NCBI GenBank assembly: GCA_964460065.1
Contig: CAYWPF010000120.1
Coordinates: forward strand, 151 to 64,150
DNA length: 64,000 bases
Source: an uncultured Enterobacteriaceae bacterium
GTDB taxonomy: Bacteria; Desulfobacterota; Binatia; Bin18
Direction of reading: 5' to 3'
Part shown: positions 48,887 through 59,401 of the stretch, in pieces
Numbering within the stretch: position 1 is the first letter of the stretch
How the letters are laid out: each line of letters starts with the position of its first letter
Translations under genes and position numbers: made by a program
The notes under the pieces: model-generated
What the model was told of the DNA's origin: nothing
The model's input: the letters and a program-made list of their open reading frames with translations, nothing else
Database searches by the model: none

Positions 48887-50113
48887 ATGCAAGATCAGGA
48901 CCGGCAACAGTATATGCTTTCTGGCGTCAACGTGTTGGACTTTACTCAGTACCTGGCAGGTCCGACTGTAACGCGACTCATGGCCGAGATGGGGGCCAAC
49001 ATCATTAAGGTGGAACAAGCGCCAATGGGTGATCCGTCGCGGCTTCTTCCTTTTATAAAAAATGACCGCAGTGCTTATTTTGTTCAACAAAATCGAGGCA
49101 AGAAAAGTTTGTGTCTTGACTTTGACAAGACGGAGTCGCTGGATATTTTGCATGCGCTTATACCGACGGTGGATGTTGTTGTCGAAAACTTCGGCCCGGG
49201 TGTTATGGAAAAGCGGCATTTGGACTACGCTTCGCTTACGGAGTTGAACGCGCAGGTGATTATGGTCTCCATTTCTGCGTTCGGAAGGAAGAGTCCCTTG
49301 TCGCACAAGGTTGGGTACGACTTCATAGCGCAGGCATTTTCTGGGATTATGCATATGACCGGGAGTCCGGACGGGCCCCCACAGTTTGTGGGCCTTGGTA
49401 TCGCCGATGTAAGCAGCGGGGTGCACGCTTTTGGCGCGCTAGGATATGCGCTGTATCATAGGGAGAGAACTGGTGTCGGCCAACATATCGATATGTCGAT
49501 GATAGATGCTATGTTTCACATGCATGAAGTGAATGTTCAAGGACACACTCTGAGCCAGGGCGAATTTGTGCCCATACGTATGGGGTCGCATCATCCACTC
49601 GTATGCCCGTGCGGAGTATATAAAGGCCCAAAAGGGTGGATTGTTGTATTGGTTTTAGACAGGCAGTGGGAAAACTGTTGTAAGGCTATGGGGATGCCTC
49701 AACTGGTAAAAGATCCGCGCTTCGCCACGAACGCGGACCGGGCAAAAAATCAGGGTGAACTAATCCCCATGATCGACGCCTGGATGCAGACTAAAAAAGA
49801 TGACGAGGAAGTCCTCGCGGCATTCGAAGAACACCGCGTACCGGCGGCACCCGTGATGTCTATTACCGATATTCTCAAACATCCTTATTTCGAAGCGAGA
49901 CAAATGGTGCGCACCGTACCCGATCCTATTCTTGGTGAGGTGACGATACCTGGTTTCCCTCTTAAGTATTCCGCATTTCCGGAACTTCTGGAGATTCAGG
50001 CACCCTTACTCGGCCAGCACGGAGCGGACGTGTTACGCGAAAAATTGAATTACAATGAGGAAACGCTCACATCGTTGAAGACTAGGGGGGTTTTGTATTC
50101 TGAGGATCGCTGA
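48887..50113 (+). CDS. family III CoA-transferase (CaiB/BaiF)
   Basis: VLDFTQYLAGPTVTRLMAEMGANIIKVE N-terminal signature; GGAGG ribosome-binding site. Confidence 0.85.
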   Translation: MQDQDRQQYMLSGVNVLDFTQYLAGPTVTRLMAEMGANIIKVEQAPMGDPSRLLPFIKNDRSAYFVQQNRGKKSLCLDFDKTESLDILHALIPTVDVVVENFGPGVMEKRHLDYASLTELNAQVIMVSISAFGRKSPLSHKVGYDFIAQAFSGIMHMTGSPDGPPQFVGLGIADVSSGVHAFGALGYALYHRERTGVGQHIDMSMIDAMFHMHEVNVQGHTLSQGEFVPIRMGSHHPLVCPCGVYKGPKGWIVVLVLDRQWENCCKAMGMPQLVKDPRFATNADRAKNQGELIPMIDAWMQTKKDDEEVLAAFEEHRVPAAPVMSITDILKHPYFEARQMVRTVPDPILGEVTIPGFPLKYSAFPELLEIQAPLLGQHGADVLREKLNYNEETLTSLKTRGVLYSEDR

Positions 50114-50196
50114 GCTAGTGAAGGAACAGAATGCTTTCGGTCGGTTCCATCCGGCGCTAGAAGTACGGGCTTGGAGAAGAAAGGTTTGATCGTCAA

Positions 50197-51102
50197 ATGG
50201 TTCTTGCAAAGTTAGAGACAGTCGAGAAGTTCGGAGAAGGTGTCAAGCGGGCAGAAGGTGTGGTGGTAGATAAGGACGGTTGTGTGTGGGGCGGCGGTAG
50301 AAAGGGAATAGTCTACAAAGTTAACCCGGACGGAGTGGTAGAGGAAGTAGCGCAACTTCCGGATCGTGCAATCCCAAACGGCGTCACGATGGATGGAGAG
50401 GGTAACTTTATTTATTGTGACCTGCGCCGCGGGGCTGTTATGCGTCTGTCACGTGACGGCAAAGTTTCGCTCGTGGCCGATCGAGCAGGAACGGTGGCAC
50501 TTTCCATACCAAATTTCGCGAGTTATGACGCGGATGGCAACTTGTATGTGTCTCTATCGAGTTCACGACCGGGCCGTGAGGTATTTGGAGAATTTACAAA
50601 TCCGGAACCGAATGGAGCAGTAGCACGCATAAGACCTAATGGGAAAGCCGAAATTGTTGCAACGGGTATTTATTTTGCGAATGGAACAGCAGTAGATCCC
50701 GATGAGGATGCGCTATATGTGCTGGAAAGCACGCGGAATGACTGCGTGCGTATACAAATCAAAAAGGATGGCTCATGCGGTAAGCCGGAGATCTATGCGA
50801 GGGGGTTCCCCGCGCTGCCCGACGGGATGGCGTTCGATGTGGAGCGAAACTTGTACGTTACGTTACCCGGCGTGCCAGAGGAAGGTAAGCTGGTTCCCGT
50901 CAATAAGATCATTAGAATTGGACCAGACGGGCAATGGGAGGTTCTTGTGGACGACCCTGATGGAACCGCGTTGGATTTCCCGACCAATTGTGCGTTTGGG
51001 GGGTCCGATATGAAGGATCTGTATATCGCAAACCTGGAAGGCGATCACTTGAACAAAATGCGTGCGCCGATTGCCGGTCATTTGTTGTATCATCAGCGGT
51101 GA
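50197..51102 (+). CDS. SMP-30/gluconolactonase/LRE-like beta-propeller protein
   Basis: repeated blade motifs, GPDG and DG-NLYV patterns. Confidence 0.65.
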   Translation: MVLAKLETVEKFGEGVKRAEGVVVDKDGCVWGGGRKGIVYKVNPDGVVEEVAQLPDRAIPNGVTMDGEGNFIYCDLRRGAVMRLSRDGKVSLVADRAGTVALSIPNFASYDADGNLYVSLSSSRPGREVFGEFTNPEPNGAVARIRPNGKAEIVATGIYFANGTAVDPDEDALYVLESTRNDCVRIQIKKDGSCGKPEIYARGFPALPDGMAFDVERNLYVTLPGVPEEGKLVPVNKIIRIGPDGQWEVLVDDPDGTALDFPTNCAFGGSDMKDLYIANLEGDHLNKMRAPIAGHLLYHQR

Positions 51103-51119
51103 AGGGAAAAGGCGGCAAA

Positions 51120-52280
51120 ATGAACAAGAGCGAGGCTCGAATTCTGACAACACATGTCGGCAGCCTGCCGCGGGCGCCAAAACTCACCGATCTGCTAATA
51201 AGTCAAGAACAGGGCAACGATATAGACGAGGAAGAACTGGAAAATTTGTGTGCGGCTGCGGTCGAGCATGTGGTTGAAGCGCAACTACGTTCTGGTGTCG
51301 ACGTCATTAATGATGGTGAGCAGCCGCGGGTTGGATTCCAGACGTACGTGCCACAGCGTATGAGTGGTTTTGGGGGCGAGAGTGCGCGTGCATTGCCCGA
51401 GGACATGATCGAATTCCCTGGTTATTTGGAATTGATGCAGAGCCGGAACATGATGCGGGCGAAGGTTAGCAATGCCCCGCAAGCGATAAAAGAAGTGGAA
51501 TATACGAACCTATCCGCCGTAAGAGCGGAGTGTGACTGGTTCCGGGCCTGCATTGAGAAAAGATCGGATCGAGATCTCGATTACTTTATGACTGCAGCGT
51601 CGCCGGGCATAATAGCGACGACCATGCTTAACGCCTTTTATGATTCGCACGAAGCATATGTGCTGGCACTGGCGGAACAGATGCGCCGCGAATATGAGTA
51701 TATTCATTCGCGAGGGTTTTTATTGCAACTGGACGCTCCGGATCTGGCGATGGAAAGGACTTGGCTATTTAAGGATCAGACGAAGGCCGAGTTTAATAGA
51801 ACTTTGGAGCTGCATATCCAGGCGATAAACCAGGCCATTCGAAATATTCCGTCGGAGCGTATAAGGCTACATATCTGCTGGGGTAATTATGACGGGCCAC
51901 ATAATCATGACGTGCCTCTAGCCGACATACTGCCTGTCCTGTACGAGGCTAAGGTTGGGGCACTGTCCGTCGAGTTGGCCAATCCTCGACACCAACACGA
52001 GTACAAAGTGTTTCGAAAATATCCTCTGCCCGAATCTATGCTTTTGATACCAGGTGTTATCGATTCCACTACTAGCTATATCGAGCACCCAGAAATTGTG
52101 GCGGATCGGCTATGCCAAGTAATTGGTGCGGTAGGTGACAGAACGCGTGTCCTTGCTGGTAGCGATTGCGGTTTTGGCACCTTCGCCGGGTGGGAAATGG
52201 TTCCTGAGGCGGTCGTTTGGGCCAAACTTAAGGCCTGTGCCGAAGGGGCGCAGCTCGCTTCCAAACGACTTTGGAATTGA
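51120..52280 (+). CDS. cobalamin-independent methionine synthase (MetE C-terminal domain)-like protein
   Basis: THVGSLPR N-terminus and LHICWGNYDG, GSDCGFG zinc-ligand regions; ATG 51120 after GAAGGGAAAAGG. Confidence 0.65.
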   Translation: MNKSEARILTTHVGSLPRAPKLTDLLISQEQGNDIDEEELENLCAAAVEHVVEAQLRSGVDVINDGEQPRVGFQTYVPQRMSGFGGESARALPEDMIEFPGYLELMQSRNMMRAKVSNAPQAIKEVEYTNLSAVRAECDWFRACIEKRSDRDLDYFMTAASPGIIATTMLNAFYDSHEAYVLALAEQMRREYEYIHSRGFLLQLDAPDLAMERTWLFKDQTKAEFNRTLELHIQAINQAIRNIPSERIRLHICWGNYDGPHNHDVPLADILPVLYEAKVGALSVELANPRHQHEYKVFRKYPLPESMLLIPGVIDSTTSYIEHPEIVADRLCQVIGAVGDRTRVLAGSDCGFGTFAGWEMVPEAVVWAKLKACAEGAQLASKRLWN

Positions 52281-52414
52281 GACGTATTGTGGCAGTCTAA
52301 AGAAACGTATTTAGAGTTGGGTTAGAGTACCCGCGAACTCGACGGGGAGTGTGGTAGACCTGAGTTTTTGGCCTATAGCGTTAGTCCACCATGCAAGAAA
52401 ATTAGGATGGGTCG

Positions 52415-52936
52415 TTGAAAAGAACTCCAGTAATGTCGGTTTTAGGTTCGCTTGGTGCACAGCTTCGCAAGATGCCAACGACCTTCGTGTTGGTCCTCAT
52501 AGGTCTATTCATTTATTTTAGGGGCACGGAGACGGTTACCGGTCCGGAGGAGAATGAAGACTTAGAGCCCCCGATAGTGACGGCTACGCCACCTGGCGAC
52601 CTCCCAGCAAATATTAGTCCTCAGTTTTGGAAGTGTGTGTATGAGACCGACAGGCAGCTCTCAGACGGGATGTGGTCCGATGTTTATTACGGATTGCAGG
52701 CCAGTGAGGCAGGAAGGGTCTTATTACTTTCTGTCTCCGAGCGATGGCAAGAATTAGACGATTCGCAGCGAGCGACAGTCGTCGAGGTTGTCGTTAAAAC
52801 GTGGAATAAGAATAGTCTAGAGTTGAGTCTGTTAGAAGATGGCGTCGGTTTGGAAAAATTAACGGTAGAAAACGCGATGGACAATCGTAAAGTCGCCACT
52901 TGGAATGCTTCCTCGGGGACAAAAATTATAGAATAG
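52415..52936 (+). CDS. membrane-anchored hypothetical protein
   Basis: single N-terminal TM helix; no family recognised. Confidence 0.45.
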   Translation: MKRTPVMSVLGSLGAQLRKMPTTFVLVLIGLFIYFRGTETVTGPEENEDLEPPIVTATPPGDLPANISPQFWKCVYETDRQLSDGMWSDVYYGLQASEAGRVLLLSVSERWQELDDSQRATVVEVVVKTWNKNSLELSLLEDGVGLEKLTVENAMDNRKVATWNASSGTKIIE

Positions 52937-52983
52937 TGGTAGTAGGTTGAGCTCTTGATCCGGAACATAGTCGGATAACACAA

Positions 52984-54027
52984 ATGGCTAGATCAAAATT
53001 TTTCACCATAGATTGGCAAAACGGTAAGGTGGTTATGCTTGATCAGCGGCTTCTACCCCAGCGTAAATATTATAGAAAGTACAAAGACTACCGCGGTGTA
53101 GCAAAAGCAATAAAAGACATGGTCATTAGAGGGGCGCCCGCTATCGGTGTCGCCGCAGCTATGGGAATAGTTCTTGGCGTGAGGCAATTGAAGCGCGGAG
53201 CAGAATCAGGAGAATTTGACCGTCTGTGCAAAGTGTTTGAAGGAACACGCCCGACCGCCGTGAACCTTTTCTGGGCCGTTAATCGCATGCGTGCGAGTTT
53301 CGAAAAAGCCCGGCCGCGGGGGCGGGAGTTTGTGTTGAGTGCGCTGGAAAGAGAGGCTCTCAAGATCTACAAAGAGGACCTTCGCACGAATAGATCCTTG
53401 GGGCGCTACGGGGAGACTTTGATACCGGAGGGTGCAAGGATTTTAACCCATTGCAATGCAGGTGCGTTGGCTACGGCAGGATACGGAACAGCTCTGGGTA
53501 TTATCAGGGCCGCGGCGAGAAGGCGTAACCGCGTGTCTGTTTGGGTGCCGGAAACACGTCCATACCTGCAAGGGTCTCGTTTGACAGCTTGGGAGCTGAA
53601 ACAGGAACAAATTCCCATGACGTTGATTACGGACAATATGATCGGGTATTTTATGCAGAAAGGTGAGGTTGACTGCGTCGTTGTTGGGACGGATAGGACC
53701 GCGGCGAATGGCGATGTCGCGAACAAGATTGGGACATACACCTCCGCCGTACTAGCCGCGCGGCATGGCGTGCCGTTTTATGTTGCGGCGCCTACGACGT
53801 CGATAGACATGGACTGTGCCTCGGGTGAAGAGATAGCAATCGAACAACGCGCTGCCGAAGAAATTACGCATCTCGCGGGGCATAGGATTGCCCCCTCGGA
53901 TGTTTGTGTCGAGCATCCAGCATTCGATGTGACGCCGAGTAACCTTGTCACGGCGATCATTACAGAAAATGGAATTGCGAGGGCACCTTTTTCGAAATCC
54001 CTACCGCGTATAATGGGACTCTCCTAG
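52984..54027 (+). CDS. mtnA: methylthioribose-1-phosphate isomerase / eIF-2B-like family
   Basis: RGAPAIGVAAA and THCNAGALAT...VVGTDRTAANGDVANKIGTY signatures. Confidence 0.8.
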   Translation: MARSKFFTIDWQNGKVVMLDQRLLPQRKYYRKYKDYRGVAKAIKDMVIRGAPAIGVAAAMGIVLGVRQLKRGAESGEFDRLCKVFEGTRPTAVNLFWAVNRMRASFEKARPRGREFVLSALEREALKIYKEDLRTNRSLGRYGETLIPEGARILTHCNAGALATAGYGTALGIIRAAARRRNRVSVWVPETRPYLQGSRLTAWELKQEQIPMTLITDNMIGYFMQKGEVDCVVVGTDRTAANGDVANKIGTYTSAVLAARHGVPFYVAAPTTSIDMDCASGEEIAIEQRAAEEITHLAGHRIAPSDVCVEHPAFDVTPSNLVTAIITENGIARAPFSKSLPRIMGLS

Positions 54028-55109
54028 CCGCCGGGAGGCGGAGGAATGAAACGGCGCTCCACATCCTGAGCGAGTCTCTTATGGTCTGTGTTTCCGGGTT
54101 CCCAGTCTGTTTCCACCTTGCGGCGTTTATTCTTGATACGGTAAATTCGTTCTTGCGAGGTACGAAGGCCGCTGAGTGGTATCACGTTTCGGTTGACAGC
54201 CTCGTGGCAGGCGTTTCGAACGCTTATGGCCTGGTCTAAGTTCTGACATACAAGAAGCATATCGGCGCCTGAGACAAGTGCTTCAACCGCGGCCTGTTCT
54301 GGCGAGGAGTAGTTGATGATTGCTCCCATCTCCAGGTCGTCGGATATGATCACACCGGTGTAACCTAATTCGCGCCGGAGCAGATTGTTCATAATTGACG
54401 AAGAAAGAGACGCGGGACGATTAGCGTCTAGAGAAGTGTATTCCACGTGCGCCGTCATGAGTAACTCGATTCCCTCGTCGATCGCTGCTTTGAATGGTGG
54501 AATATCAGTCTTCATGAGGACGTCTCTCTCTCTATGATCGTGAGGCAAGTCGAGGTGTGAGTCGACATTTGTTGCACCGTGGCCGGGAAAGTGCTTTCCA
54601 CAGGGCAGTAAACCGGCGTCGTGTAGGCCCATAGCCACTGCGACCCCGAAGGCCGCTACTTTAGCCGGATCAGTGCCGAATGCGCGGTCGCCTATAACGG
54701 TATTGTGTGCGCCAGTTAGCACGTCGAGGACAGGTGCGAAATCTATGTCTATTCCGGCCCAATGTAGTTCTTTTCCAAGGGCTTTACCGACGCTGTATGC
54801 CAATTGGACATCTTCTGTACGCCCGACAGCGCGCGCAGCGGGGAAATGGGTAAACGGAGTAGAGAGCCGATCGACTCGGCCGCCCTCATGGTCAATCGCG
54901 ATCCACAAGGAATCTTCCGCACGAAGTCCGCGAAGGTCCGCACAGAGAGCTCGGAGGGCGTCGGGATCCTTGTAATTCCTTTCGAACAAAATAACTCCGC
55001 CGGGTCGCAGGTCGAGAAGTTTTTCCTTAGTCGTACTATCTAGTTGGGGCTGCGGGATGCCGACAAATAAGTACTGGCCGATTTGGCCCGGCGGACGCTG
55101 ACGTGTCAT
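54024..55109 (-). CDS. nagZ: beta-N-acetylhexosaminidase (GH3)
   Basis: GH3 region KHFPGHG and catalytic Asp in VIISDDLEMGA. Confidence 0.8.
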   Translation of the reverse strand: MTRQRPPGQIGQYLFVGIPQPQLDSTTKEKLLDLRPGGVILFERNYKDPDALRALCADLRGLRAEDSLWIAIDHEGGRVDRLSTPFTHFPAARAVGRTEDVQLAYSVGKALGKELHWAGIDIDFAPVLDVLTGAHNTVIGDRAFGTDPAKVAAFGVAVAMGLHDAGLLPCGKHFPGHGATNVDSHLDLPHDHRERDVLMKTDIPPFKAAIDEGIELLMTAHVEYTSLDANRPASLSSSIMNNLLRRELGYTGVIISDDLEMGAIINYSSPEQAAVEALVSGADMLLVCQNLDQAISVRNACHEAVNRNVIPLSGLRTSQERIYRIKNKRRKVETDWEPGNTDHKRLAQDVERRFIPPPPGG

Positions 55110-55443
55110 GCTTTAAGTGTAGCAAGAAGATAGGTCGGTTGAAAGAAAAATACCGAAGATACTAGACAATATTCGAACTTATGTGCTATCAGCACGCCCA
55201 TGGTCTGACGCTCTGTAAAGCAGTTCCGTTGCTAAAGACTTGGGCGGTTAAACTGCCGACCCGAAATGTGCGCTCTCTGCTTTATAGAATGAGATAAACC
55301 GCTTGGATCTGATGTTTAGGACCAAGACGGAGCATTGATGGGGCAATGTTGAGAAATAGACGACCGTGCCCCTGTCCCCGCTGACTGCGCTCCGCGTCCA
55401 GAGCATCCTCCGAGCATTTGTAGTTATAGTGAGGGGGGAAGAT

Positions 55444-56268
55444 ATGCGCGATCGTACGAAGAAGGTGTCCGTTCTGGAGCTGCAAAAGCTCAAGAATTCA
55501 GGGCAAAAAATTACAGCGCTTACCGCCTACGACTATCCGTTCGCACGCATTCTAGATCAGTGCGGCATCGATTTCCTGTTGGTGGGAGATTCTTTAGGTA
55601 CGACGGTCCAGGGAGCGGAGACCACATTGCCCGTGTCGATGGATGAAATGGTGTACCACACCAGACTAGTTTCGAGGGCGGGACCGAGAGCGCTTGTCGT
55701 TGGTGATATGCCTTTCTTGTCGTATCAAGCGGGAATTTGTGACGCAATTTCCAACGCTGGTCGCCTGTTGAAAGAGGGCGGAGCCCAGGCGGTAAAGCTG
55801 GAAGGTGGTGTCAACATTGCGCGTGTGATTAGGGCCATAGTAAACGTGGATATTCCCGTCATGGCACATATAGGATTGACACCGCAGTCCGTACACCGAA
55901 TGGGCGGTTTTAAAGTGCAAGGTAAGAAGGCAGGACATGAACCAGGAGCGCGTGACAGGCTGATCGAGGATGCGGAGGCCGTCACGAATGCAGGAGCCTT
56001 TGCCGTAGTATTAGAGGGTGTTCCTTTGGACTTAGCGGGGGAGATTACTGAATTGTTACCTATACCCACAATCGGCATAGGCGCCGGCCGACACTGTGAT
56101 GGTCAAATTTTGGTGATGCATGATCTGTTGGGGCTGTCTGATGAGTTCTCTCCGAAATTTGTGAAGCGATATGCCGATCTTAAGGCGATAATCTCTGATG
56201 CGGTCAGTGCTTACATTAAGGATGTGCAGGGAGAAGTGTTCCCGGCGGAGGAACACTCTTTTCATTGA
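55444..56268 (+). CDS. panB: 3-methyl-2-oxobutanoate hydroxymethyltransferase
   Basis: [31 protein letters not shown]-terminal signature; in-frame ORF opens at 55366. Confidence 0.9.
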   Translation: MRDRTKKVSVLELQKLKNSGQKITALTAYDYPFARILDQCGIDFLLVGDSLGTTVQGAETTLPVSMDEMVYHTRLVSRAGPRALVVGDMPFLSYQAGICDAISNAGRLLKEGGAQAVKLEGGVNIARVIRAIVNVDIPVMAHIGLTPQSVHRMGGFKVQGKKAGHEPGARDRLIEDAEAVTNAGAFAVVLEGVPLDLAGEITELLPIPTIGIGAGRHCDGQILVMHDLLGLSDEFSPKFVKRYADLKAIISDAVSAYIKDVQGEVFPAEEHSFH

Positions 56269-56296
56269 AGGTACGGAAGGCTGAGGGATAAATTTA

Positions 56297-57139
56297 GTGA
56301 AGACGATAGAGACGGTGGCCGAGATGCAGCGGTGGTCGGATGAGCGGAGGCGCGCGGGCCAAACAGTGGCGTTTGTGCCGACTATGGGATTCCTGCACGA
56401 AGGGCATTTGAGTTTAGTGCGGCGGGCTCGTGAAGTTGGCACACATGTCGTCGTTTCGATTTTCGTCAATCCGATGCAGTTCAATCAGTCGTCGGACTAC
56501 GACGGGTATCCACACGATAAGGAAAAAGATATTCGCTTATTGAAAGACCTAGGGACACAGGTCCTGTTCATGCCTAGCGCAAAAGATATCTACCCTATCG
56601 GGTTCGAATCCAGCGTAGAGGTCTCCGAAACAGCAAAACCGTTATGCGGTGCGGTACGGCCCGGCCACTTCAAAGGAGTGACGACAGTTGTCGCGAAGTT
56701 GTTCAATATGGTCAAACCGCACTATGCTGTTTTTGGGGAGAAGGACTTTCAGCAATGTACGGTTATTCGCCGGATGGTCGAAGACTTGAATTTCGACGTT
56801 GAGATTGTGGTTATGCCGACCGTGCGGGAACAGGACGGACTAGCAATGAGTTCAAGGAACGCACGTCTGAGCGAAGCGCAAAGACAATCGAGTCTCCGTA
56901 TTTTCGCAGCTCTGTCAGCGGCACAGCAGCTCGCCGCTCAGGGGCAGCGGGAGGCCGGGGCCTTGCTCGCTTGTGTTCGGCATACATTAGAAGCTGATAA
57001 GCTTCTAAAGATTGAATATGTATCCCTCTGCGACCCTAGGACGCTACTGGACGTTGACCAAGTGTCCAGTCCGACTCGCTTAGCAATCGCAGTTTGGATC
57101 GGAGATGTTCGCCTGATAGACAACTGTTTGGTAACGTAA
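56297..57139 (+). CDS. panC: pantoate--beta-alanine ligase
   Basis: PTMGFLHEGHLSL HIGH-like motif; GTG start. Confidence 0.9.
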   Translation: MKTIETVAEMQRWSDERRRAGQTVAFVPTMGFLHEGHLSLVRRAREVGTHVVVSIFVNPMQFNQSSDYDGYPHDKEKDIRLLKDLGTQVLFMPSAKDIYPIGFESSVEVSETAKPLCGAVRPGHFKGVTTVVAKLFNMVKPHYAVFGEKDFQQCTVIRRMVEDLNFDVEIVVMPTVREQDGLAMSSRNARLSEAQRQSSLRIFAALSAAQQLAAQGQREAGALLACVRHTLEADKLLKIEYVSLCDPRTLLDVDQVSSPTRLAIAVWIGDVRLIDNCLVT

Positions 57140-57219
57140 AATACCGAGGCAAAGGCGTCACGTGTAGAGTGCAAAAGGGCCTGTTCTTTGGCAGGCCCGT
57201 CCGTGTAGGGTGTTCTCGT

Positions 57220-57690
57220 ATGTCTAAGCAAAAAGTTGGCGAAAGGATTATCTGTACCAACAAAAAAGCACGCTATAACTATGTCATAAACGAGACAATA
57301 GAAGCTGGGATAGTCTTGAAGGGTAGTGAGGTTAAGTCCTTACGGGACGGTAGGGCGAATCTGAAAGATAGTTACGGCCGAATCGACCACGGTGAGGCGT
57401 ATCTGGTGAATGCCCACATAAGCGACTACAAACCGGCCTATTATTTCAAACCGGACCCTAACCGTAGAAGGAAGCTCTTGTTACATAAGCGGGAAGTCAT
57501 GCGGCTAATGGGCAAGACCCGGGAACAAGGGTTGACCCTTGTTCCTTTGCAGTTATACTTTAGGAAAGGTCGCGTTAAGGTTGAGCTGGCTTTAGCCAAG
57601 GGTAAACGCACGTACGACAAAAGAGCGGCAATTCGTGAACGCGAAATGAAGCGCGATGTGGAACGGGCGATGAACCAACGACGCGGTTAG
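57220..57690 (+). CDS. smpB: SsrA-binding protein
   Basis: ARYNYVINETIEAGIVLKGSEVKSLR signature; in-frame ORF opens at 57094. Confidence 0.9.
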   Translation: MSKQKVGERIICTNKKARYNYVINETIEAGIVLKGSEVKSLRDGRANLKDSYGRIDHGEAYLVNAHISDYKPAYYFKPDPNRRRKLLLHKREVMRLMGKTREQGLTLVPLQLYFRKGRVKVELALAKGKRTYDKRAAIREREMKRDVERAMNQRRG

Positions 57691-57706
57691 CGTAGTATTG
57701 ATGAAA

Positions 57707-58058
57707 GGGGGCGATCTGGTTTCGACGTGGGCTAGAAAGCCAGGGTTGCATGCCGGGGTGCTGTCCCGCCCGTTAAACGGACAGGCTGCTATTTAACTGC
57801 AGATGATTTTGATTACGCTCTAGCTGCCTAGTGCAGCTTGCGTCTTATCGGTCCGAGCCCGTAGGATCGAATAAGGCGATATAAATCGGGATAGGCTTGG
57901 CGTCGTGCTGAGGGGCCACTGGCCGAAACTTTTCCTTAGCTGGTCCGTTGGAATCTTGCTCGTAGGAGTCCATAGGACGAGATTAAATTATGAGCTACGC
58001 AATGTAGACGCCTTGAGTAGACTACTCTCGGACGCGGGTTCAATTCCCGCCGCCTCCA
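57707..58058 (+). ncRNA. ssrA: tmRNA (transfer-messenger RNA)
   Basis: 5' GGGGGCGATCTGGTTTCGAC and 3' GGACGCGGGTTCAATTCCCGCCGCCTCCA tRNA-like ends pairing as an acceptor stem; internal tag ORF ...GCA GAT GAT TTT GAT TAC GCT CTA GCT GCC TAG (A)DDFDYALAA; 16 nt after smpB. Confidence 0.85.
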
Positions 58059-58133
58059 TACCCATAAAGAATGTTTCGAACGTAGGTACGTGTAATCTAT
58101 TGCTGGAGATAAAGTAAAATCGAGAGCAGAAGA

Positions 58134-59375
58134 TTATTCCAACACCTCCGCGACAACCAGCTGCGTTATCTTCTCTTCGTTGTAGCCCAAGATATTTTCC
58201 AATACATTCTGGTTTTCTCTCCCGAGGGTTGGCGCTGACCCAGTAATCTGTGCCGGCGTCCGAGAAAATTTGAAACGGGACCCTTCGACGGTCGTCTTTC
58301 CGAAATCCGGGTGATCGAGCTCAACAAAATGATCGCGGTGTTTCAGTTGCCGGTCCTCATAAAGTTCGTTCATTGTTTCAACGGCGCTTGCTGGGACACT
58401 CTGTGATTGTAACCGTTCCTCGGCCTCGTGCGGGTCGTGTTGGCGAGTCCAGGCGCTGATTGCATCGTCGAGTTCGTCCTGGTGCACTCGTCGCCCCTCC
58501 ACTTTGGCGAAACGCTCGTCTTTACCCAAATCAGGCCTGGCAATCGCTTCGCAGAGGTGCCGCCATTGGTCATCCGTCTCGATCCCGATGGCTATCCAAC
58601 GGTCTTCACCGCTCGACTGATAGACGCCATGTGGCGCGTAGTTGAGATCACGGTTCCCGTTCCTACTTTGTGTCCTCCCGTTCACTGTTTGGTCGAGAAG
58701 GAACGGCGCCAAAAAATGTAAGGAAGCTTCGGCCTGGGCAAGGTCAATGTGTTGGCCATCTCCGGTTTGGTGCTTATGTTCTAGTGCTGCGAGAATCGCT
58801 GCGGCGTTATACCAAGGGGCGATGTAGTCAGTGTACGCTCCGAACGGGCCGGCCGGTTCCCGGTCAGGCCATCCCGTGGGGTCGAAAAATCCGGAGACTG
58901 CAGCCGCGAGATTGCCGAAGCCTGCAAAATGAGAGTGAGGGCCAGTCTGACCCATCAGGCACGTACTCAGCATGATTATTTCTGGCTTAATCTGTTTCAA
59001 CGAATCGTAGTCAAAGCCCCACTCGCGCATAGCTTTTGGGGAAAAGGACTCGGTCACGACGTCCGCCCATTTCACTAGGTCAAGAATCACATCTCTGGCA
59101 TCACCCTTAGAAAGGTTCAGGGTTATCGGCAACTTCCCTGTGTTCATGTTGTTGAAGAGCCCTGAATTATTAGGACCGGGCTGGGTATTCTGGAAAGGCC
59201 CGACCATACGAACCGCATCGAACCTGGTAGTGGATTCGACTCGAACGACAGTAGCCCCGTAGTCGGCGAGTATGCGCGTGGAACCGGGGCCAGCCATAGC
59301 CCACATGAAGTCTAAGACTTTTACCCCGGAAAGTGGCAGTGTGTTATCTTCGGGCTCGTGAGTATTGCTGCTCAT
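58134..59375 (-). CDS. family III CoA-transferase (CaiB/BaiF)
   Basis: VLDFMWAMAGPGSTRILADYGATVVRVE signature. Confidence 0.85.
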   Translation of the reverse strand: MSSNTHEPEDNTLPLSGVKVLDFMWAMAGPGSTRILADYGATVVRVESTTRFDAVRMVGPFQNTQPGPNNSGLFNNMNTGKLPITLNLSKGDARDVILDLVKWADVVTESFSPKAMREWGFDYDSLKQIKPEIIMLSTCLMGQTGPHSHFAGFGNLAAAVSGFFDPTGWPDREPAGPFGAYTDYIAPWYNAAAILAALEHKHQTGDGQHIDLAQAEASLHFLAPFLLDQTVNGRTQSRNGNRDLNYAPHGVYQSSGEDRWIAIGIETDDQWRHLCEAIARPDLGKDERFAKVEGRRVHQDELDDAISAWTRQHDPHEAEERLQSQSVPASAVETMNELYEDRQLKHRDHFVELDHPDFGKTTVEGSRFKFSRTPAQITGSAPTLGRENQNVLENILGYNEEKITQLVVAEVLE

Positions 59376-59401
59376 ACATAACCTCCCTCGATTGCACTCA
59401 T

